From Bacteroidales bacterium (lineage in GTDB: Bacteria; Bacteroidota; Bacteroidia; Bacteroidales; UBA932), in the NCBI GenBank assembly GCA_017616475.1, contig JAFZYD010000085.1, positions 1-58,384 of the forward strand: a stretch of 58,384 bases of DNA. The letters are read 5' to 3'. Below the pieces are notes generated by a model, which saw nothing but the letters and a program-made list of their open reading frames with translations, was not told where the DNA came from and did not search any database. Below, in pieces: positions 46,691 through 53,873 of this stretch. How positions within the stretch are numbered: the first letter of the stretch is position 1; each line of letters opens with the position of its first letter. The position numbers and the translations under genes are program-made.

Positions 46691-47572
46691 ATGCCTATTG
46701 CATATTACAAATCACCTGATAAGAACTTCACCCTCTTGAAGGGAGATTGTATCAAACTACTGAATTCATTTGATTTCAAGTTCGATATGATCTTCGCAGA
46801 TCCGCCTTATCACCTTTCAAACGGAGGAATCAGCATACAGAGTGGCGTTCCAGTTTCCGTAAATAAAGGTAAGTGGGACAAGTCTCAAGGGTTCGAAGAA
46901 GACTACAAATTTGACAAGTCCTGGCTTGCCGCTTGTCGCACGCACTTGAAGTCAGACGGTACAATATGGGTCAGCGGCACATACCACAATATTTTTTCCG
47001 TAGCCCGCTGTCTTACAGAACTTGATTTCAAGATACTCAATTGTATAACTTGGGTTAAAACAAATCCTCCACCCAATCTATCTTGTCGATACTTCACATA
47101 CTCAGCAGAATACATACTGTGGGCTCGTAAGGAACAGAAAGTAGCCCACTACTACAACTATGAGTTAATGAAGGATATTAACGGCGGCACACAGATGCGT
47201 GATGTCTGGACTCTACCAGCTATTGCAAAATGGGAGAAGTCCTGCGGGAAGCACCCAACCCAGAAACCGCTCTGCGTACTTTCTCGTATAATACAAGCAT
47301 CCACATGGCCAGGTGCATGGGTACTTGACCCATTCACAGGCAGCAGTACGACTGGTATAGCAGCCAATCTTCTTGGACGCCGATTCCTTGGCATTGACCA
47401 GAGTGAACCATTTCTTGAAATAAGTAGGGCTCGCAGAGAGGAGTTGAACAACGCTGACCGTCGATGCGAATTGTTGGAGAAACTAGAAAAACAAGCCAAA
47501 CTCTTCCAAGATAATGATATTCGCGTGCTAGGCGAGCCCGAGGCATATTACGGCCCAGAACTTCCTTTCTAG
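46691..47572 (+). CDS. Beta-class N6/N4 DNA methyltransferase (M.MboIC/DpnA-like second methylase)
   Basis: The track starts at GTG 46685, but ATG 46691 is more likely. Motif IV (IFADPPYHLSNGG) precedes motif I (VLDPFTGSSTTGIAA), giving the beta-class order. Confidence 0.88.
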   Translation: MPIAYYKSPDKNFTLLKGDCIKLLNSFDFKFDMIFADPPYHLSNGGISIQSGVPVSVNKGKWDKSQGFEEDYKFDKSWLAACRTHLKSDGTIWVSGTYHNIFSVARCLTELDFKILNCITWVKTNPPPNLSCRYFTYSAEYILWARKEQKVAHYYNYELMKDINGGTQMRDVWTLPAIAKWEKSCGKHPTQKPLCVLSRIIQASTWPGAWVLDPFTGSSTTGIAANLLGRRFLGIDQSEPFLEISRARREELNNADRRCELLEKLEKQAKLFQDNDIRVLGEPEAYYGPELPF

Positions 47573-47586
47573 TATTGTTTCTTTCT

Positions 47587-48339
47587 ATGGCCTTTTCCCC
47601 TTACATAATAGGCATCCTCCTTTTCATAGGGCTATTTACCCTTTTCCTTAGAAGGGGTGAGTTGAGGGGTAAGATAGGTGAATCTTTAGTATCGAATAAG
47701 TTGGATAGGCTACCCAAAGACAAATATAGGGTACTGAACAATGTTACTATACCTACGCCAAAAGGCAGTTCTCAAATAGACCATCTGGTCATCTCAATTT
47801 TTGGCATTTTCGTCATAGAAACAAAGAACCTAAAGGGCTGGGTTTATGGTGGCGAGCAGAGCGAATACTGGACGCAAAACATATACGGCAAGAAATACCA
47901 ACTCTATAACCCCATCTTGCAGAATGCCGGTCACATCCGTGCCCTTCGCCGTATACTCAAAGAATACGAACCACTTCCCTTTTTTTCGATAGTAGCATTC
48001 TCAGGCAGGGCTGACCTCAAAGTCAAAATAGAAGATGCCTGCGTTGTCTATATGGGCCAGATACTTTCTGTGATTCGGCAATTTGAAGCTAGCCGCCTGA
48101 CATGGGGGCAGGTCAACTCCATCTACGGTGCAGTCATTTCGGCACAAATCGAACCAAGCAGAGAAAACAGCAGGCAGCACAAAGAAGACATATACAATGC
48201 TCGCGTCCAAAAGAACGAAGCCTTTACTTCTGGTAGATGTCCACGTTGCGGCGGCAAACTTGTACTTCGCTCTGGTAAATACGGAAAATTTTACGGGTGT
48301 TCCAGCTACCCAAAATGCCGTTATACACATCCGTATTGA
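47587..48339 (+). CDS. Membrane-anchored NERD (nuclease-related domain) protein with C-terminal topoisomerase-type C4 zinc ribbon
   Basis: The track starts at TTG 47575, but ATG 47587 is more likely. N-terminal TM helix is IIGILLFIGLFTLFL. NERD/PD-(D/E)xK-like core is QIDHLVISIFGIFVIETKNLKGW. C-terminus is CPRCGGKLVLRSGKYGKFYGCSSYPKCRY. Confidence 0.8.
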   Translation: MAFSPYIIGILLFIGLFTLFLRRGELRGKIGESLVSNKLDRLPKDKYRVLNNVTIPTPKGSSQIDHLVISIFGIFVIETKNLKGWVYGGEQSEYWTQNIYGKKYQLYNPILQNAGHIRALRRILKEYEPLPFFSIVAFSGRADLKVKIEDACVVYMGQILSVIRQFEASRLTWGQVNSIYGAVISAQIEPSRENSRQHKEDIYNARVQKNEAFTSGRCPRCGGKLVLRSGKYGKFYGCSSYPKCRYTHPY

Positions 48340-48393
48340 CATAAGAGCTTTCCATTTTCCATATGCACTATTGATGTTTGTCCGCTTTGACCT

Positions 48394-48547
48394 CAACCCG
48401 AAATTCGCAGGCTGCAAATGGTGGCCGCTGGTGGGGGTCTGGGGCGGGTTGTTGCAGCCTGCGGGGCGATTTGGCTGCGGAGGCTGCGCGGTAGTCCCTC
48501 ACAGGGGCTTCTGAAGCACATTTCCGCAGCCTCAGAATTTCGGGTTG
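48394..48547. repeat. ~154-bp GC-rich hairpin-forming element closed by a 22-nt inverted repeat
   Basis: CAACCCGAAATTCGCAGGCTGC (48394-48415) pairs with GCAGCCTCAGAATTTCGGGTTG (48526-48547), with 20 of 22 positions complementary. There is an internal alternative pairing between CGCAGGCTGCAA and TTGCAGCCTGCG (48451-62). Confidence 0.75.
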
Positions 48548-48588
48548 ACAGCCGCTGCCGGCGCCCCGGCAAAATGCTCTTCTTATGA

Positions 48589-48809
48589 GGCGACAGGAGG
48601 GGCTTCCTTTCGGGTGGTGGCAGACGGAGGGCTTTCACGGGGTGGCGGGTGGCGCGGTTGTGCCGGTATTCGGCCATTGGGGAACGTGTGAGCATTTTGC
48701 CGGGTGAAGACGAATAGCGTGCGGGCAGAAATGGTCCGGAGCTTGAAAGTTTTTAAGGGCGGATCTTCGCCCAAGAAAACTTTGCAAGCGCAGGCTCTGC
48801 CCGGAGCGG
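48589..48809. repeat. Right arm of the ~225-bp imperfect inverted repeat
   Basis: See the left arm (44545-44770). The internal hairpin is retained (CTTGAAAGTTTTT..AAGAAAACTTTGCAAG). Confidence 0.8.
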
Positions 48810-48927
48810 GCCATAAATAAGCCCGTAATTCCTGGCCGGCAGGGCAAAAAACGCCAGCGGGGCCATAAATAACCCCGTAATTCCTGGCCGGCAGGGCAAA
48901 TATCGGGAGCGGGCCAGGGAAAACGCC
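48805..48927. repeat. Tandem 51-52-bp direct repeat (2 full copies plus 1 truncated) upstream of the 725-aa ORF
   Basis: Copy 1 spans 48805-48855 (AGCGGGCCATAAATAAGCCCGTAATTCCTGGCCGGCAGGGCAAA...). Copy 2 spans 48856-48906 (AGCGGGGCCATAAATAACCCCGTAATTCCTGGCCGGCAGGGCAAA...). The truncated copy spans 48908-48927 (AGCGGGCCAGGGAAAACGCC). Confidence 0.8.
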
Positions 48928-49022
48928 CTTCATTATGGCCGGCGGTGCATATTTCGGGGACGTTTGGATTTGTGCGGCGAAAGTGGTAAGTTTAGGGGGT
49001 AATTCAGAAACGTTTTGGCTTT

Positions 49023-51200
49023 ATGAAAACACCCAGACAGTGCGACGTGTACGTCCTGATGAGGATTTATAACGACAATTCGAACCCTCTGTTCGAGAGC
49101 AACCTGCGGCAGGCCTTGGAATCGGTGGCGAAAAACCGGGACAAATATGGCGACCGGGGCCGCGTTCGGCTTATAGTATTCGACGACTCGGGGCAAGACG
49201 TTCACAAAGCCAAACTGCTGGAGATGCTTCGCGGCTACGGCTTTGACTTAAAAGACGGGACGCTGGACTACACCAATCTGCCGGAGCGCAAGCAATCGGC
49301 CTATGGTCTCTTTTACCTGCGCAAACAATTCGTCCGGAAGGCCAAGGATGGCGACATCGCGATTATTCTGGACCAGGACGACGAACTTGCCCAAGACGCC
49401 ATCCGCAGCATAGCGGGCGCTATGCCGTGCTGCGGCGTGGTGCTCTCCCCTTTCGATATGAATGGCCCGGACGGCTTGAACAACGTTGATGCCGCCCGGC
49501 GTCTGCACAACAACCTGACGAGCAGCCTCGCCCGCAGCAAGCGCGGCAATGCTGACCCTGATATTGTAATGGCAGCCAGTATGTGCTGGACAAAGGCCTA
49601 TTCCAGGGAAGCTATGCAGATATATGTCGATGCCCTGGAGAGTTTTTTAGAGCGCGAGCGCGGAGGCTGGGAGCGCTTCTTTGGCGAGCATCCGTCCTAC
49701 GACGATTTTATAGATTATTATGTCCTGCTAAGGCGCGATATCACCCTTGCCTCCGTTAAGCAGCGCACCCACGTGTACAAGAAACACGGCGCCTCCATCA
49801 CTGGCAATCCGTCCGTGGGAGATTTCCTGTACCACAGGACCGCCGCCCTCATCACCCTCATAGATCTTTCTTATTGCGATTCGGCACAACTTGTTCCGGA
49901 ATGGAAGTCGCGCCTGTTCCGCCACGTTTCCATCAAGACAATGTTCATCGAGGGGCTTCTTGCCAAGTACAGGGGCGATTTCGAGCGGGGCGACAGCAGC
50001 AAGGCCGCCTTTTCGGAGAAGACTCACAACGGGTATTTCATAAATAAGTTCTGCCGGATGGCCACTGGCCGCAGGAAACAAGATGCCAGCGACGATTTGT
50101 TCCGTTACGAGAGCACCTCCCGCGGTGCCTCCAGCGAGGGCAACTTCTGCAATTTGTTCAGCTGCAGCCAGATAAACAGCATCCAGGAATACCGTCCTGA
50201 TTTCGGCGGCGTGGAATATGCCGACAGCCGCTACATACTGCAAGTGGCAGTGGATTTAGAAAGAGGCATAATTAAGCCGGACGGCAAGAAGAAGGAGGAA
50301 ACGGAAGAAGAACTGTATGCGAAGTATGGCATCAAGGACACTCCCAACAAGCAGCGTTACAAAACTATATCCTGGATTGCCTGGTTGTTCGCGGCCACCC
50401 TCCCTCTGGCCATAGGTTTCAGTTTCTTGCCGGAGAAGTGCGGTTTGCGCACCTTCCTGCGGCCGGTTTGGGAAGCAATCACTCTGTCTAACCCGAACGT
50501 CAAGGCGGCAATGGTGTCGCTCTACGGTGTGATTGTTACTTATTTGTTCAAGAGCCGCAACGACATCCGTCTGCTTGCCAGCGAGGAGCAGTCGCAAATG
50601 AAGTTGTATTTTTCCGAGTTCGAGGATCTTATACGCCACCTGGAGGCGAATCTCAAGGTGATGATTCAGATTGTCAAGCAGATACGCGAGAAGAAATTGG
50701 ATTACCCTGCCGGCATCCATCTCACCAATCTTGCCTGGCCGTTGACCTCGTACCTGTTCTCGGACGACTTTGCAAAGATAATCAACAAGGAGCGGGTAGA
50801 CGACTTCGCCAGGTTGAAGGTGAACCTTCGCAACATAAACAACAGCTCTGCCTGGCTCGCGGAATTCGTAAGAAACGAGCGCGACCCGGAAAAGATAATC
50901 GAAGCCATCGAGTGGGAAATCGCCCGCCACTTCGGTTACTTGGTGAACTTTAAATACCTAAAAGAGAACGGTTTCCACTTTGCAAAGCAGGAAGAACTGG
51001 ACAAATACATCAACGAGAACCACGTACGCAACAGCCTGACCTCGCTCTTTATGGATTATTACTCCGACGAGAGCGAAGACGAGGCCCGGAAGACCGCCAC
51101 CCGCATGGACTTCGTAGAAAAATACATCACGATGTACTACGACGACCGCCGTATGAAACGCAACGTCCTCGTATACAAAAACTCAGACAGCGTACGATAA
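49023..51200 (+). CDS. Orphan multidomain protein: N-terminal GT-A (family 2-like) glycosyltransferase fold, two TM helices, uncharacterised alpha-helical C-terminal domain
   Basis: GT2-like blocks are present (VYVLMRIYNDN..LRQALESV, LIVFDDSGQD, DxD-type IAIILDQDDEL). Hydrophobic helices lie at residues ~447-469 (TISWIAWLFAATLPLAIGFSFLP) and ~494-510 (AAMVSLYGVIVTYLF). I see no recognisable motif in residues 511-725. Confidence 0.7.
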   Translation: MKTPRQCDVYVLMRIYNDNSNPLFESNLRQALESVAKNRDKYGDRGRVRLIVFDDSGQDVHKAKLLEMLRGYGFDLKDGTLDYTNLPERKQSAYGLFYLRKQFVRKAKDGDIAIILDQDDELAQDAIRSIAGAMPCCGVVLSPFDMNGPDGLNNVDAARRLHNNLTSSLARSKRGNADPDIVMAASMCWTKAYSREAMQIYVDALESFLERERGGWERFFGEHPSYDDFIDYYVLLRRDITLASVKQRTHVYKKHGASITGNPSVGDFLYHRTAALITLIDLSYCDSAQLVPEWKSRLFRHVSIKTMFIEGLLAKYRGDFERGDSSKAAFSEKTHNGYFINKFCRMATGRRKQDASDDLFRYESTSRGASSEGNFCNLFSCSQINSIQEYRPDFGGVEYADSRYILQVAVDLERGIIKPDGKKKEETEEELYAKYGIKDTPNKQRYKTISWIAWLFAATLPLAIGFSFLPEKCGLRTFLRPVWEAITLSNPNVKAAMVSLYGVIVTYLFKSRNDIRLLASEEQSQMKLYFSEFEDLIRHLEANLKVMIQIVKQIREKKLDYPAGIHLTNLAWPLTSYLFSDDFAKIINKERVDDFARLKVNLRNINNSSAWLAEFVRNERDPEKIIEAIEWEIARHFGYLVNFKYLKENGFHFAKQEELDKYINENHVRNSLTSLFMDYYSDESEDEARKTATRMDFVEKYITMYYDDRRMKRNVLVYKNSDSVR

Positions 51201-53849
51201 CTATATCCTGGCGATATCCGCTGCGGGGATCCAGCCTTGGCGGCCGTCGGAGATTTGGACTTTGAGCCAGTTGCCGACTGAGTCGAGCACACAGACTTTT
51301 GTGCCCTCGTGCAGGATGAACAGCGCCTTGCCGTCCTCGCCCGGCGAACTCTTTACGGAAGAGACGGGCAGCATTACGATGGCCTCCTTCTGGCTCACTA
51401 TGTCGTGCCGCTCGCTAAGGGCTAAAATCCAGGCCGAAACCGACAACAGGAACAGCACACACGCCAGCACGAAAGACAAAGTGCGCGAGCCGCGGCGGCC
51501 AAGGAACCGGAAGCCCAACAGCGCGAGTGCCACCAGCACCATAAGCGCAAGTGCGACCCACGCCCAAGCATTGCTGGAAAGCAGGTACTTTATATCGCGT
51601 ATCCACTTTACCAGTATGAACTCCGGCACTACCTCAATGCGGTCCAGCACCGATTCGCGGGCGATGGCAAGGTTGAACTTGGCGTCGTCGTAAGAAGGAT
51701 TCAACTTGAGCGCCTTCTCGTAATAAAGGATGGACTCGCCCAGCGCGCCTGTCTTATAATACGAATTCGCAATATTGTAATACAACTTGTCTGACACCAA
51801 CCCGGACTGCTCGATGTCCAGATAAGCATCCAGTGCAGCCTGATAATCACCGGAAGAATAGGCCTGCGCTGCCTGCTCCCAAGCCTGGCTGCCGGCCGCA
51901 GCGGCATTAAAACTCAAGCTCAGGGCAAACAACAGTGCGACAGCCACCGTCGCCCCCCTGGCGCCCTTTGCGCTGCGCTTAACGCCGGACTCGATGGCCG
52001 TGATGGTATCCAACGCATCCTTATACTGATTCTCCATCTGCTCCGGAGTGTAATCGGGCGCATACCGCGCCGCTTCGCAAATGGCAATAATTCCCATAAG
52101 ACTATCTATAGTGGCCTGAGGCACCCCGCGCGCGGCGAGCTGCTCGCTTATATTATCTTTGCTGAGGTCGCTGCCGGGCATAGAAAGCTTGTCGCTCACA
52201 TACCCCATAACCGCCTTGTGAAGCTCCTCGTAGTAGGCTCCGACCAGCCCCTGCTTGAGGTAATCTTTGCTGCGGCGCAGGCGCTCGGTGGCAATCTTGT
52301 TGGCGCGACGGTTGCGCATACCGGCCACGTCCGCGCGACGCTCGCGGGCCTTGCTCATAGCTGCGCCCACAATAAAGAACAGCGCCACAATTGCGGCCAG
52401 GATGGCGTAGAACGGCCACGAAGTAACAAAGAAACTGCCCTCCTTGCGCAAAGCGGGAGAACCGGTGGCGATATAGCGTATGTCGCTGCCGATGTTGCGC
52501 ACGCTCTGCCGCACGCCGCCCCCGATTCCATCGGAAGCCCCCTGTTCGGCTCCGTCAGACGAAACTTTGATGGTGACCGCCGGCGCCTCGGTGGTAACAT
52601 AGGAACCCTTGCTGATATCGTAATAACTATACTTTATTGGGCCGATGGTAAAATCGCCGTAGCTGCGGGCGATGAACGGATATTCGAACACCTTGCTGCC
52701 AGTCACGCCCGAACCGTCGCTGCGGTCCGTCGTTTTAACGTCGTACACGTCGAACTCGCTCGGGAATGAAATCTTGGGGGCGGAGAGCATTGTTACATTG
52801 CCCTTGCCGCTCACCGTCACAATGAGGCTGGAGGCCTCGTTGGCGGCAATGGAATCGTTGGCAAAGCGGGCGGTGATGGTGAACTGCCCCACCCCGCCGC
52901 CGAACGACGCAGGAGCGCCCGCCGGCAGCGGATTCACGTGCACATTGATACTACCCGTGGAGACCCGCTTGCGGATGGTTTGGTAACTGTCAAAGAAATC
53001 GTCGAAGATAGAGCGCGCGCGGCCGTTGTTTGCCCTTACGCGCAACTGGCACACAGCCTCCGCCGGCTCTATGTTTATGACACCCTCTTGCTGTGGAATC
53101 AGCATATAGCGGCGGATTACCGTGGTGTTGTATATCTTGCCGTTTATATTCTCCTTGTTGAACTCCAGATTGTTTGGAGCGTAGGTCTCCTTGCTCCAGA
53201 AACCGTTGAAGGTGGGGAGCTTGAAATCTTCGAAACCGGCAATATCCGCACGGGTATATAGCTTGAGCACAGCAGTGAGAGGCTCGCCCTTAACAGCACT
53301 TGTCTTGCTCAAATTGAGCCGCATAAAGATATCCTCGTTAGGCACAGTGCCCGTTATGGAAGGGTCCGACTGAGCTGCACCGGCGCCCTGCGAGGGCTGT
53401 TGCTGTTGGCTCTGGCCGCCGCCCTGCGACGCCTGGCCGCCCTGCTGACTCTGGCCCGCACTCTGGCCTGCCGGAGCTTCGTCCACAACCTCAACCACCG
53501 CCGTGCCGCTGGAAACCTCTGTGCCTTTTACCTTGCAGGTCGCCGCCGGAATGGTATAAGTGCCCTTGGTGTCGGCAGAAAGCAGGTAAGTGTATGTAAC
53601 AGTCTCGCTGGACTCCCGCTTGCCATTGATTATGGTCAAGTTGGAGGACGTCCCCTTTGACGGACCCCACATAAGGGTGAGGCCAGCGGGAGGTGCCCAT
53701 TCAAAATCGGTAATCTTGCCATCCGCGGTGAACACCACGCGGAACGGCTCGTCCGTGGCGACCACGCTGGGCGCCTCCATCCGGAGGCTCTGCGCGCGCA
53801 CGCCTACTGCAGCAAACAATACAAGCAAAAATGCGAGGTATCTTTTCAT
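51201..53849 (-). CDS. batD: BatD-BatE fusion protein (BatD oxygen-tolerance domain, TM, TPR repeats, TM, C-terminal SH3-like)
   Basis: BatD-like N-terminus (SLRMEAPSVVATDEPFRVVFTADGKITDFEWAPP). TPR region is present (YYNIANSYYKTGALGESILYYEKALKLNPSYDDAKFNL). SH3-like tail is GTKVCVLDSVGNWLKVQISDGRQGWIPAADIARI. Confidence 0.8.
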   Translation of the reverse strand: MKRYLAFLLVLFAAVGVRAQSLRMEAPSVVATDEPFRVVFTADGKITDFEWAPPAGLTLMWGPSKGTSSNLTIINGKRESSETVTYTYLLSADTKGTYTIPAATCKVKGTEVSSGTAVVEVVDEAPAGQSAGQSQQGGQASQGGGQSQQQQPSQGAGAAQSDPSITGTVPNEDIFMRLNLSKTSAVKGEPLTAVLKLYTRADIAGFEDFKLPTFNGFWSKETYAPNNLEFNKENINGKIYNTTVIRRYMLIPQQEGVINIEPAEAVCQLRVRANNGRARSIFDDFFDSYQTIRKRVSTGSINVHVNPLPAGAPASFGGGVGQFTITARFANDSIAANEASSLIVTVSGKGNVTMLSAPKISFPSEFDVYDVKTTDRSDGSGVTGSKVFEYPFIARSYGDFTIGPIKYSYYDISKGSYVTTEAPAVTIKVSSDGAEQGASDGIGGGVRQSVRNIGSDIRYIATGSPALRKEGSFFVTSWPFYAILAAIVALFFIVGAAMSKARERRADVAGMRNRRANKIATERLRRSKDYLKQGLVGAYYEELHKAVMGYVSDKLSMPGSDLSKDNISEQLAARGVPQATIDSLMGIIAICEAARYAPDYTPEQMENQYKDALDTITAIESGVKRSAKGARGATVAVALLFALSLSFNAAAAGSQAWEQAAQAYSSGDYQAALDAYLDIEQSGLVSDKLYYNIANSYYKTGALGESILYYEKALKLNPSYDDAKFNLAIARESVLDRIEVVPEFILVKWIRDIKYLLSSNAWAWVALALMVLVALALLGFRFLGRRGSRTLSFVLACVLFLLSVSAWILALSERHDIVSQKEAIVMLPVSSVKSSPGEDGKALFILHEGTKVCVLDSVGNWLKVQISDGRQGWIPAADIARI

Positions 53850-53873
53850 AGCGTCAATATCTTTTAGAAGGGC

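Larger units (their letters stand above)
44815..48390. other. AT-rich, probably horizontally acquired cassette (two methyltransferases, endonuclease, NERD protein)
   Basis: Base composition drops abruptly. By hand count, line 45121-45180 has 22 G+C of 60, whereas core line 13201-13260 has 41 of 60. The four genes are co-oriented and tightly packed. No integrase or transposase is present. Confidence 0.6.

Noticed and set aside
48394-48547. Invertible promoter (inverton) controlling the 725-aa gene.
   Set aside because: The 110-nt interior is GC-rich and contains no TAnnTTTG/TTTG promoter elements in either orientation. It lies ~475 nt from the ATG, and no invertase gene is nearby. It is kept only as a structural repeat.
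48805-48927. CRISPR-like array.
   Set aside because: There are only 2.5 directly abutting copies with no unique spacers, and no cas genes are in the window.
48583-48933. ORFs within the inverted-repeat arms: 48583..48933(-), 48393..48695(-), 43974..44741(-), 44609..44830(-) and 44626..44811(-).
   Set aside because: Their translations are Pro/Arg/Gly-rich with no start context or motifs. The similarity between arms is at the nucleotide level on opposite strands, consistent with non-coding repeats.
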